Assembly (NCBI GenBank): GCA_017459965.1
Contig: JAFUBW010000014.1
Span: forward strand, 75,984-139,983
From: Bacilli bacterium
GTDB lineage: Bacteria > Bacillota_I > Bacilli_A > RF39 > UBA660
Length of the DNA: 64,000 nt
Direction of reading: 5' to 3'
The translations under genes and the position numbers were made by a program. This document shows, in pieces, positions 27,499 through 36,619 of the stretch. The notes beneath the pieces are model-generated. The model was not told the DNA's origin. It did not search any database and saw only the letters and a program-made list of their open reading frames with translations. Within the stretch, counting starts at the first letter, position 1; every line of letters begins with the position of its first letter.

Positions 27499-28818
27499 GT
27501 GATAAATATTGCTACAGTAGGTTATTGGAAAATAACAAGTAGATTAGATCATGTAATTGATTATGTTAAAGATGAAACAAAAACAAAGAATAAAGATTTT
27601 AATAAAACATTTCATTTAGATTATAATGAAGAAGATTTTAAAGAAGAAAAATATCTTTATGAAACTAATATAAATTGTGGAGATGAAACAACATATGAAG
27701 ATATGATAAGAACAAAACAAATATGGAATAAAACAAATGGTATTTTAGGTTATCATGGATATCAATCATTTAAAGAAGATGAAGTAACACCAGAACTTGC
27801 ACATGAAATTGGAGTGAAACTAGCTGAAGAAATGTGGGGAGATAGATTTGAAGTAGTTGTTTGTACTCATCAAAATACAAACCATATACATAACCATTTT
27901 GTAGTTAATTCAGTATCTTTTATAGATGGTAAAAAGTATTATGACAATAGAACTAATTATGCTAAGTTTAGACACTTAAATGATTGTATATGTTCTGAAT
28001 ATGGACTATCTGTACTTGAAGAAAAACCATGTAAAAGAAGTGGTATTAATTTTTCTAATTATTATAAAGGTGGAATAGAAAAGAATAACTATCATACAAC
28101 AACAAAAGAAGATATAGATTATGCTATAGGTGTTGCTTATAGTTATAAAGATTTTTTAGATGTATTAAAATCTATGAATTATGAAGTAGTAAATAGATAT
28201 GATAAATTAAGTGTAAGAAGATATCCATATAAAAGAAATATAAGAATAGAAAGAAGTTTTGGAAAAGAATATAGTATTGATAATATTATAAAAAGAATAA
28301 AGACAGAACATATAAAAAGAGTACCATTTCCAGAAGCAAAAAATGTTTATAATATATGGATAAATAAAAAGAATAATAAAAAACATAAAGGACTAAAAGC
28401 TCTTTATTTATATTATTGTTATTTATTAGGTATATTTCCTAAAGAATTTCCAAATAAAAGAATACCTGCAGAAATAAGATCTGATATTAAAAAATTAGAT
28501 GAGATTATAAATCAATCAAATATGCTTTCTAAAAATGAAATAACTACATATGAAGAGTTAAAAGAATATGAAGAAAAGTTAGAAGATAATATTACAGATT
28601 TATCAACTAAAAGAGAATTGTATTGGAAAAAAGTAAATAGATTAAAAGATAATGAAAAAAAACAAAATCTAATTAATTCAATTGAAGAAATAAGTAATGA
28701 AATATTTAATTTAAGAAAAGAATTAAAGTTATGTTTAGGTGTAGAAGAAAGAACACCAATAATAAAAGAAAAAATAAAAGAAGTAGATAAGATAGGAAAG
28801 GAGAGAGAAAATGAATAA
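27499..28818 (+). CDS. Relaxase/mobilisation nuclease (MobA/VirD2-type)
   Basis: His cluster VVCTHQNTNHIHNHFVVNSVS, then a coiled-coil C-terminus. Exact start is uncertain: GTG 27499 lies inside the SD AAGGTGAT, and in-frame ATT at 27508 is an alternative. Confidence 0.8.
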   Translation: MINIATVGYWKITSRLDHVIDYVKDETKTKNKDFNKTFHLDYNEEDFKEEKYLYETNINCGDETTYEDMIRTKQIWNKTNGILGYHGYQSFKEDEVTPELAHEIGVKLAEEMWGDRFEVVVCTHQNTNHIHNHFVVNSVSFIDGKKYYDNRTNYAKFRHLNDCICSEYGLSVLEEKPCKRSGINFSNYYKGGIEKNNYHTTTKEDIDYAIGVAYSYKDFLDVLKSMNYEVVNRYDKLSVRRYPYKRNIRIERSFGKEYSIDNIIKRIKTEHIKRVPFPEAKNVYNIWINKKNNKKHKGLKALYLYYCYLLGIFPKEFPNKRIPAEIRSDIKKLDEIINQSNMLSKNEITTYEELKEYEEKLEDNITDLSTKRELYWKKVNRLKDNEKKQNLINSIEEISNEIFNLRKELKLCLGVEERTPIIKEKIKEVDKIGKERENE

Positions 28819-29551
28819 TTCAGAATCAGCAGAAGCACTTGTAAGAATGAGTATAGACGGAGTTAAAGTAGCTGCACAATTATCAGGAACAGGAATAAAA
28901 AATATTGCAGTTATACTATATTCAATAATAAATGATCAAAAGAAAATAAGTGGTAAAACAGCACTTAAAAAGATGATAAAAAATCATCCAAACTTAAAAA
29001 TTTTTTCATTAAGTAATCAAGATTTAAAGAAGTTTACAGATGAAGCAAAAAGATATGGAGTTTTATTTGCAGCTCTAGTAGATAAAATGGATCCAAATGG
29101 ATCAAAAGAAATATTTATAAGAGCTGAGGATGCTCCAAAAGTAAATAGAATAATAGAAAAGTTTAATTTAGCAGCTGTAGATGCTGCAGAAATAAATAGT
29201 ATTATTTCGAAAGATAAAGATCCAAAAGTAAAAGATACAATACATTCGGAGTTAGATGATTTAGTAGAAGAAATATTATCAAAACCAAAACAAAAGGAGG
29301 AACATGAACAGACAAACCCGTCTATGGGGCAGACAAAAGAAAAAAGTCTGTCAGAGAACTCATTAAAAAAGCAAAAATCGAAAGTGGAAATTTCTAAGGA
29401 AAGACCATCTGTAAGAAAAGCAATAAAAGAAATAAAAGAAGAATTAAAACAAAAAAGAGAAGAAACTCCAAAAGAAAAAGGTGTCATGCAAGAAGTAAAA
29501 CATAAACAACCTGAAAATAAAAAGAGATTTAAAAGAAAAGGAAGCAGGTAG
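28811..29551 (+). CDS. PcfB/DUF3801-like protein
   Basis: Position between relaxase and coupling protein. N-terminal LVRMSIDGVKVAAQLSGTGIKNIAVILYSII fits my recollection of DUF3801. K/E-rich tail. Confidence 0.45.
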   Translation: MNNSESAEALVRMSIDGVKVAAQLSGTGIKNIAVILYSIINDQKKISGKTALKKMIKNHPNLKIFSLSNQDLKKFTDEAKRYGVLFAALVDKMDPNGSKEIFIRAEDAPKVNRIIEKFNLAAVDAAEINSIISKDKDPKVKDTIHSELDDLVEEILSKPKQKEEHEQTNPSMGQTKEKSLSENSLKKQKSKVEISKERPSVRKAIKEIKEELKQKREETPKEKGVMQEVKHKQPENKKRFKRKGSR

Positions 29552-29556
29552 TTTAT

Positions 29557-30354
29557 ATGAAAGAAGATATAGTAAAGAAAATAGCACCTATAGAAAATAA
29601 AACAAATACAAAAAAAGATGATAACAGATTTCATACAATGAAAGTGATGAATCAAACTGCTTTAGAAATAGTAAAAGATTCAAATAAATTTAAACAATAC
29701 TTAGATTTACAATCATCACTTGATAAATATTCTGTAGGTAATTTATTATTAATAATTGCACAAGCACCTAATACAAAACAGTTAACAAAAATGAAACAAA
29801 GTTTAAAAGATAAAGAAATAATTTTAATACAACCTAAAAAAACAAATAAATCAAATTTTCAAAATTATAAATTATTTTCAAGTGAAAGACCATTAAAAAA
29901 AAATAAATATTATGAAGATAATAAATTATTACTAAAAGCATTTTTAAATGATTGTCCAGTAGATATAAAAGTAGTAGATGAAACAGAAGAAGAAAAAAAT
30001 ATATATTGGAATGATTTTTTTGGAATACTTTATATAAAAAAAGGACTTGAGTATAACGAATTATTTGAAGGATTAGCAAGAGAACTAACTAAAGAAGAAC
30101 TTGGAGCAAGTAATACAGAACTTGAGAAATTTAAATGTAAATGTATAACATATATGATTTTAAAAAAATATGGTAAAGATGTATCAAATTATAAATTTGA
30201 TGATATACCAGAAGAATTTATAAAAGATGATCCAATAAAAATAAGAAAAGAATTAAACGAGTTAAAAGAAGGATTAAATATCTTCAATAACAGGGTTAAT
30301 TCTTTTTTTGATGAAATAACAAAAAGAAACACAAGAAAAAATTATTCAAGATAG
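29557..30354 (+). CDS. Hypothetical protein with a weak ArdC-N-like motif
   Basis: LDKYSVGNLLLIIAQAPNTKQL resembles the YS..N..LI..Q.P motif of ArdC N-domains. Otherwise unassigned. Confidence 0.3.
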   Translation: MKEDIVKKIAPIENKTNTKKDDNRFHTMKVMNQTALEIVKDSNKFKQYLDLQSSLDKYSVGNLLLIIAQAPNTKQLTKMKQSLKDKEIILIQPKKTNKSNFQNYKLFSSERPLKKNKYYEDNKLLLKAFLNDCPVDIKVVDETEEEKNIYWNDFFGILYIKKGLEYNELFEGLARELTKEELGASNTELEKFKCKCITYMILKKYGKDVSNYKFDDIPEEFIKDDPIKIRKELNELKEGLNIFNNRVNSFFDEITKRNTRKNYSR

Positions 30355-30365
30355 GAGGAATATAT

Positions 30366-30554
30366 ATGAAGGCAAAAATAGAATTAGATAATTATGAATA
30401 TGGAATAATAATAAGATCATTAAAAGATTTAAGAGAAAGTCAAGAAAAACAAGAAAAGACAACAGAACCTATAGATGAATTATTATTAAAAATAATTAAA
30501 GTATATGAAAAGTTTAAATTAGATAAACCAAAAGTGTATGATGTAAGATGGTAA
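30366..30554 (+). CDS. Hypothetical small protein (62 aa)
   Basis: SD AGGAGG. Overlaps the start of the coupling protein gene. Confidence 0.45.
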   Translation: MKAKIELDNYEYGIIIRSLKDLRESQEKQEKTTEPIDELLLKIIKVYEKFKLDKPKVYDVRW

Positions 30555-32374
30555 ATAAAGAAGAAAATAAAACAATAAAGATAATAATGTTATCGGTTGG
30601 ATTAATACTTGTAATATGGACATCACTACTTATCGCACCTCATATAAAAGATGGGATTTTTAAAGTACTAATTAATTTTAGTAAAATAATTGAAAATCCA
30701 TTTGATATAAAAATATGCGCTGATACAATTAAAGTAGTATTAACATTATCTGTAATCTATTTATTAGTAATATTATATTTTACAGAAAAGAATAAAGATT
30801 ATAGAAGAGGAGAAGAATATGGGAGTGCAAAATGGGGCAATAAGAGAGATATAAATAAAAGATATGAGCAAACACCTTATGAGAACAATAAACTCCTTAC
30901 AAAGAGCGTAAAAATAGGTCTAGATGGCAAATTACATAGAAGAAATTTAAATACAATAATAGTGGGTGGTTCTGGAGCAGGTAAAACAAGATTTTATGCA
31001 AAACCAAATATTATGCAGTGTAATGCTTCTATGGTAATATTAGATCCTAAAGGTGAGATACTTAGAGATACAGGAAATTTACTTAAAGAAAAAGGATATG
31101 AAATAAAAATATTAGATTTAATAAATATGGAAAAAAGTCATTGTTATAATCCATTTGTATATATAAAATCAGATAACGATATACAAAGACTGGTAACAAA
31201 TATTTTTAAATCAACAACACCAAAAGGATCAAATACAGCAGATCCGTTTTGGGATACAGCCGCAGCTTCTTTATTAATGGCATTTATGTTTTATTTATGG
31301 TATGAAGCACCAGAGGAAGAACAAAACTTTGAAATGGTAATGGAAATGTTAAGAGAAGCGAAAGTAGTGGAAGATATGCCAATGTATAAAAGTCCAATTG
31401 ATATATTATTTGAAAGATTGGAAGAAACAAAACCAGACCATATAGCACTTAAATACTTTCAAGATTATAAATCAGGAGCAGATAAAACAAAAGAATCAAT
31501 AAATATAACACTAGCTGCAAGACTAGATAAATTTAATCTTGAATCACTAGCAAAATTAACAATAACAGATGAGTTAAATCTGCAAAGTATAGGAGAGAAG
31601 AAAACAGCACTTTTCTGTCTTATACCAGATAATGACTCGTCTTTTAATTTTCTAATAAGTATTTTATATACACAATTATTTCAATCATTATTTTATTTAG
31701 CAGATAAAGTATATCATGGAAGTTTACCAATACCAGTACATTTTGTAATGGATGAGTTTGCAAACATATCACTTCCAGATGATTTTGAAAAACTTCTTTC
31801 AGTAATGAGATCAAGGAATGTATATGTAAGTATAATCCTTCAAAATTTAGCACAAATAAAAGCACTGTTTGAAAAGCAATGGGAATCAATAGTAGGAAAT
31901 TGTGATGAATTTTTATATTTAGGTGGAAATGAACAAAGTACACATAAATATATAAGTGAGCTTATTGGTAAATCATCAATAAATACTGATACACATGGAT
32001 TAAGTAAAGGACGAAATGGAAACTATTCAACAAATTATCAAAAACTAGGTAGAGAATTATTAACACCAGATGAAGTAAGAATGCTTGATAATAAATATTC
32101 AATTCTTTTTATAAGAGGAGAAAGACCAATAAAAGATTTAAAATATGATATATTAAAACATCCAAATGTAAAATATACAACAGATGGAAAAGGGAAACCA
32201 TATTTGCATGGTAAAACAGATTTATCTGTTGGAGAAATAAAAATTGTAGATTTTGATGAAAATCAAAAATATGAAAATATAAAATTTAAAGAATCATCAT
32301 ATGAAATATATTCAATAGAAGAATTAGAAAAATATATGAAAGAGAGGGAAGATATATATGAAAGAAAAAAATAA
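30548..32374 (+). CDS. Type IV secretion coupling protein (VirD4/TraG family)
   Basis: Two N-terminal TM segments, Walker A VGGSGAGKT, Walker B-like HFVMDEFAN, and the C-terminal FIRGERP region typical of TraG/VirD4. Confidence 0.85.
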   Translation: MVNKEENKTIKIIMLSVGLILVIWTSLLIAPHIKDGIFKVLINFSKIIENPFDIKICADTIKVVLTLSVIYLLVILYFTEKNKDYRRGEEYGSAKWGNKRDINKRYEQTPYENNKLLTKSVKIGLDGKLHRRNLNTIIVGGSGAGKTRFYAKPNIMQCNASMVILDPKGEILRDTGNLLKEKGYEIKILDLINMEKSHCYNPFVYIKSDNDIQRLVTNIFKSTTPKGSNTADPFWDTAAASLLMAFMFYLWYEAPEEEQNFEMVMEMLREAKVVEDMPMYKSPIDILFERLEETKPDHIALKYFQDYKSGADKTKESINITLAARLDKFNLESLAKLTITDELNLQSIGEKKTALFCLIPDNDSSFNFLISILYTQLFQSLFYLADKVYHGSLPIPVHFVMDEFANISLPDDFEKLLSVMRSRNVYVSIILQNLAQIKALFEKQWESIVGNCDEFLYLGGNEQSTHKYISELIGKSSINTDTHGLSKGRNGNYSTNYQKLGRELLTPDEVRMLDNKYSILFIRGERPIKDLKYDILKHPNVKYTTDGKGKPYLHGKTDLSVGEIKIVDFDENQKYENIKFKESSYEIYSIEELEKYMKEREDIYERKK

Positions 32375-32666
32375 TAAAATGATAAAGGTATTATCAATTA
32401 TATCGATAATATCTTTTTTAATAATTCAAACAATTCCAAATGTGTATGCAGCAAGTGATCCACTAACAGCAATTAATAATTTATCAGAAATGCTATATTC
32501 AATAGCAAAAGGTGTAGGAGTAATAATGTGTATATATGCAATATATAATTTTGCAACATCATTTGCTTCACACGATCCTAATCAAAGATTATCTGGTGTT
32601 TTAGTATTTGTTGGAGGTCTATTTCTATTATTTGCAAAAACAATAATAAATACAATAATAGGATAA
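32358..32666 (+). CDS. Maff2-like small membrane protein
   Basis: Signal/TM followed by two TM segments. Position after VirD4 as in Tn1549-like ICEs. Confidence 0.4.
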   Translation: MKEKNNKMIKVLSIISIISFLIIQTIPNVYAASDPLTAINNLSEMLYSIAKGVGVIMCIYAIYNFATSFASHDPNQRLSGVLVFVGGLFLLFAKTIINTIIG

Positions 32667-32672
32667 TGAAAT

Positions 32673-33509
32673 ATGGTATCGAAATGGACAGTAAATTTAA
32701 TATCATATGCACTTGATATATGGAATGGAAAACTTGGAGAAATATTAACATTAATAACTCAGTCACCTCAAGAATTTAAAAATGGTGAGATATGGAAAGT
32801 AATACTAAAAATAAACGATGCAATGCAGGCGATAGGACTTGCACTGCTCGTTTTATTCTTTGCAGTTGGAGTTATTAAAACATATGGTAGTTTTGTTGAA
32901 GTAAGAAAACCAGAACATGTAATAAAAATATTTGTAAGATTTGCTATTTCAAAAGCAATAGTTACATATGGACTAGAAATATTAACATCTATATTTGAAA
33001 TAGGACAAGGAATAGTATCATCTATTCTTAGAACAGCGACTTTATCATCATTTGATAAAGCAGTTATACCAAAAGAAATGATAGATGCAATAAATAAACT
33101 AGGATTTTTAGATTCTATTCCTATATGGCTTATAACATTTATAGGATGTTTATTAATAACAGTATTATCATTTGTAATGATTTTAACAGTATATGGTAGA
33201 TTTTTTAAATTATATTTATATACTGCAATTGCACCAATACCACTTTCATCATTTGCAGCAGAAAGTACACAACAAGTTGGCAAGCAATTTTTAAAATCAT
33301 TTTGTGCGGTATGCTTAGAAGGAGCAATAATAGTACTGGCATGTGTAATATTCTCAATATTCGCATCATCTCCACCAAATATAGATCCAAACTCAGGAGC
33401 GCCTGTAATGGTATGGAAATATTTAGGTGAATTAATATTTAATATGTTAGTACTAGTTGGAACAGTAAAAGCTTCAGATAGAGTGGTAAGAGAGATGATG
33501 GGATTATGA
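32673..33509 (+). CDS. VirB6/TrbL-like polytopic T4SS membrane protein
   Basis: About 6 TM segments. NGEIWKVILKINDAMQAIGLALLVLFFAVG is typical of the ICE VirB6-like family as I recall it. Confidence 0.55.
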   Translation: MVSKWTVNLISYALDIWNGKLGEILTLITQSPQEFKNGEIWKVILKINDAMQAIGLALLVLFFAVGVIKTYGSFVEVRKPEHVIKIFVRFAISKAIVTYGLEILTSIFEIGQGIVSSILRTATLSSFDKAVIPKEMIDAINKLGFLDSIPIWLITFIGCLLITVLSFVMILTVYGRFFKLYLYTAIAPIPLSSFAAESTQQVGKQFLKSFCAVCLEGAIIVLACVIFSIFASSPPNIDPNSGAPVMVWKYLGELIFNMLVLVGTVKASDRVVREMMGL

Positions 33510-33745
33510 TAATAGAATATAAGGTACTCCCACCAAATGAAATATTTAAAGATATACAAATAAGAAAAAATAAAAAAGAAGCGTATGAAAATGCAATATT
33601 AAGAGGAATGAGGCATCCAGATAATTGGATATATATGTATTCAAAAGATAATAAAGATTATTTTAAAAATTCGTTTTCAAGAAAATATATATCATATCCA
33701 CAATTTGGATTTTATAAAAAAACATATAAAGGGAGGAGCAGGTAA
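33506..33745 (+). CDS. Hypothetical small protein (79 aa)
   Basis: ATGA overlap with the upstream gene. No motif recognised. Confidence 0.4.
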   Translation: MIIEYKVLPPNEIFKDIQIRKNKKEAYENAILRGMRHPDNWIYMYSKDNKDYFKNSFSRKYISYPQFGFYKKTYKGRSR

Positions 33746-33747
33746 TA

Positions 33748-34677
33748 GTGGATAAGAGAATTAAAGTAAAATATAATCGATTAGAAAACTATTCTTTTAG
33801 TAAAAAAGGTTATGTAGATTTAACAAATAAAAAAATAAAGAATATGAATGATTATATAGAATTATGCAATATGTTTAAAGATCCTAGATATGAAACATTT
33901 AGGATCTTTTATATGAAGAACGATAAAATTTTAGCTCATGAATCGTTTACAAGTATACTTCCAAATACAGTTGTATTATGTACAAATGAAACAAGTGCAA
34001 AATGGTTTGAAAAAATAAATAATAGAATAAAAAGATTAAATGCAAATGGCTATTATTTAGCACATAACCATCCAACTAATTATTCTGAGCCGTCAACAGA
34101 TGATTTTATACTGACTGAGGAATTTATAAAAAAAGTAGATGGATTTAAAGGACATATAATAATGGGTTGTGAAAATAATTATTCTTTAATTTTAAAAGAT
34201 CGTAAAGGAAATTTAAATACTACAAGTACAAGTTATTTAAATTTGATTGATTATAAAGATTTTCTAAAAGAAGTAGAAGAAAAAACAATATATGATATAA
34301 GAATAAAAAATATAGATACATTAATATTTGTTGCAAAACATTTACTTGATGATAAAAAGAGTTCTCCAACAATTTTTTTAGATAGTAAATTAAATATAAG
34401 AATGGTAGTAGATATACCAAATGAAATGTTTAATCAAAAAGAAGAAAACTTAAATGGATTTTTTAAAAATATAGCAAGAACTTGCGGTGCGACAAAAATT
34501 ATTACAGCAACACAAGATAAAGATACATATAAAGAAATAATAAGACATGTTGATTATGGAACAATATTTAATATTGCATATTTTGATGGTGAAAATTATG
34601 TAGCAGATGAATATATGAGTTTTAAAAACTTATTTGACAAAGAAATAAGAGAAAAAAGTAGAAAAAAAGAAAGGTAG
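33748..34677 (+). CDS. RadC-like JAB/JAMM domain protein
   Basis: JAMM signature HNHPTNYSEPSTDD (HxH-x7-S-xx-D). GTG start. Confidence 0.65.
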   Translation: MDKRIKVKYNRLENYSFSKKGYVDLTNKKIKNMNDYIELCNMFKDPRYETFRIFYMKNDKILAHESFTSILPNTVVLCTNETSAKWFEKINNRIKRLNANGYYLAHNHPTNYSEPSTDDFILTEEFIKKVDGFKGHIIMGCENNYSLILKDRKGNLNTTSTSYLNLIDYKDFLKEVEEKTIYDIRIKNIDTLIFVAKHLLDDKKSSPTIFLDSKLNIRMVVDIPNEMFNQKEENLNGFFKNIARTCGATKIITATQDKDTYKEIIRHVDYGTIFNIAYFDGENYVADEYMSFKNLFDKEIREKSRKKER

Positions 34678-34684
34678 TGATAAA

Positions 34685-35716
34685 GTGGAAAAAATAGAAA
34701 AGTTTTTATTAGATAGTGAATTAAATGATCAAATATTTGAAGCTGATTATTATGATTTAAAAATACATAAAGAAAAATATGATGATAGATTTTATATTAT
34801 ATATACTAAAAGATCTAGTGAATATTTATTATCTGAAGATTATGCTGTATCAGGATATTTAGATGTATTAGATAAAAAGATATATTCAACTACATATGGA
34901 TTTTCAAAGGTAATAAATAATACAAATATTAAAATAGAAAGTTTTGAAGATTTAAAAGATGAAATAATGGATAAATTGAATGAAAGAATAGAATTATATA
35001 CTTTTAATAAACAAAAAGATTTAATGATATTTGCAAAAGAAGAAATAGATAATATGTCAATTTATCGAATAAATGAAGTTAAAGAAACTGTTAACAGATT
35101 ATTTATAGAAGCTGATAATGATAAATTAAAACTTAATAAAATATATTATTATCATTCTATATTTGAAAATGATAAATATAGAAAATTAAATGGATACATT
35201 AATTATATAAATAATCCAGAAAAAGAGTTAAAAGAATGCTTTGATGAAATAATAAGTGATGATTCATTGAAAAAAGAAATGGGAATAAATATTTATTTAT
35301 ATAAAGAAGGCATTAAATATCAAAGAGACTTATTAAAAAATATAAATCATCAATATGATTATTTGTATATAAATAGAGAAATATATAAAGGACTAAAAGA
35401 AGTTCAAGAAGCTGTAAATATAAATATAACAATTAATTATGGTGGTAATGAATATACTTTTAAATTTAGAAAAAACTATTTTGAAAATAGTATTTTAAGA
35501 GGAGAAAAAAGTTTATGTGATTATAAACCATCATATGAAAGTGTATCTGACTTTATAAAAAGAAATTGTGGAGATGAAGAATCAAGAAATAGAACATATG
35601 ATTTTGATTTTTCACATATTACATCTATTACATATGGTAAAAGAGTTTTATATCAGAAAAAAGATAGAATAATTAATAATACTATATTAAGAAAAAATAA
35701 TATAAATGAAAGGTAG
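34685..35716 (+). CDS. Hypothetical protein (343 aa)
   Basis: GTG start after AAAGGTAGTGAT. No motif recognised. Confidence 0.5.
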   Translation: MEKIEKFLLDSELNDQIFEADYYDLKIHKEKYDDRFYIIYTKRSSEYLLSEDYAVSGYLDVLDKKIYSTTYGFSKVINNTNIKIESFEDLKDEIMDKLNERIELYTFNKQKDLMIFAKEEIDNMSIYRINEVKETVNRLFIEADNDKLKLNKIYYYHSIFENDKYRKLNGYINYINNPEKELKECFDEIISDDSLKKEMGINIYLYKEGIKYQRDLLKNINHQYDYLYINREIYKGLKEVQEAVNINITINYGGNEYTFKFRKNYFENSILRGEKSLCDYKPSYESVSDFIKRNCGDEESRNRTYDFDFSHITSITYGKRVLYQKKDRIINNTILRKNNINER

Positions 35717-35723
35717 TGATATT

Positions 35724-36212
35724 ATGAAAAATAAAAAATATGAATCTATGCCATTATTTTTAGTAAAAGCAATTTGTGAAATGGATGAATATATGCAAAC
35801 AGATAATTGGGTAAATGACAAATTAAATTGTTTATTAGTTGATTATAAAAATGAAAAAGTATTTTCAATGTTAAAAGATGAAACTGATTCTTTGATTTAT
35901 TTTAATTATGAAAATGATCAAAAACCAGATATAACAACTAGTTATGATTGGGATTTTTCATTTGATAATACTATATTTTATTATTTAGAAAAAGGATATA
36001 ATATAAAATCAATAAATCTAGAAACTCATTTTGGCATATGGTGTTTTATAAAAGAATATTATCCTGAAGATATACAATACAAAAATGGTTTAAATAAATA
36101 CATAAAATTTTGTAAAAATTATAATATAACAAAAGATTATCTAGATAATGCTTTAAAGATGAATACTCCTGATATTATGAAAATGATAAATATAAAAGAA
36201 AGAGAAAGATAA
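35724..36212 (+). CDS. Hypothetical protein (162 aa)
   Basis: ATG after AAAGGTAGTGAT (track start 35706). No motif recognised. Confidence 0.5.
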   Translation: MKNKKYESMPLFLVKAICEMDEYMQTDNWVNDKLNCLLVDYKNEKVFSMLKDETDSLIYFNYENDQKPDITTSYDWDFSFDNTIFYYLEKGYNIKSINLETHFGIWCFIKEYYPEDIQYKNGLNKYIKFCKNYNITKDYLDNALKMNTPDIMKMINIKERER

Positions 36213-36214
36213 TT

Positions 36215-36619
36215 ATGGAAGTAAAAATAAATAGAGATATAAGAACCTATACAGAAAATATCTTTTTTGGACTTACAATGAGGCAGTTTATTTTTTCAAT
36301 ATTGGCATGTTTAATAGCAATATTTATATATTTTATATTTAAAAATAAACTAGGAACAGAAATAACATCATGGCTATGTATAATTGGAGTATTACCATTT
36401 GCAGCATTAGGATTTGTAAAATATAATGGCATGAATGCAGAAACAATATTTATAGCAATCATAAAATCAAAAGTATTAACACCAAAAGTACTTGTAAATA
36501 ATCCAAATAATTATTATTATGAATTATTAAAAGAAAAATATAGAAATATAGAAAAGGAGGGATTTTTAAATGATGAAAACACTAAAAAATCTATTTTTGC
36601 AAGAAAAAGAAGATTTTAA
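36215..36619 (+). CDS. PrgI/VirB3-like small T4SS membrane protein
   Basis: Two adjacent TM helices. Lies immediately upstream of and overlaps the VirB4 gene. Confidence 0.5.
   Translation: MEVKINRDIRTYTENIFFGLTMRQFIFSILACLIAIFIYFIFKNKLGTEITSWLCIIGVLPFAALGFVKYNGMNAETIFIAIIKSKVLTPKVLVNNPNNYYYELLKEKYRNIEKEGFLNDENTKKSIFARKRRF

Noticed and set aside
29017-29655. 212-aa minus-strand ORF.
   Set aside because: It is antisense to the K/E-rich tail of the PcfB-like gene and to the start of the next gene. AAR/GAR codon runs create a stop-free F/S/L-rich complement. It has no SD.
32768-33559. 263-aa ORF on the minus strand, unusually long for AT-rich DNA.
   Set aside because: It is fully antisense to the VirB6-like gene (32673-33509). 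That gene's product has the expected polytopic TM pattern and sits in the expected position in the T4SS operon. The antisense frame has no SD and a low-complexity composition, so it is a shadow ORF.
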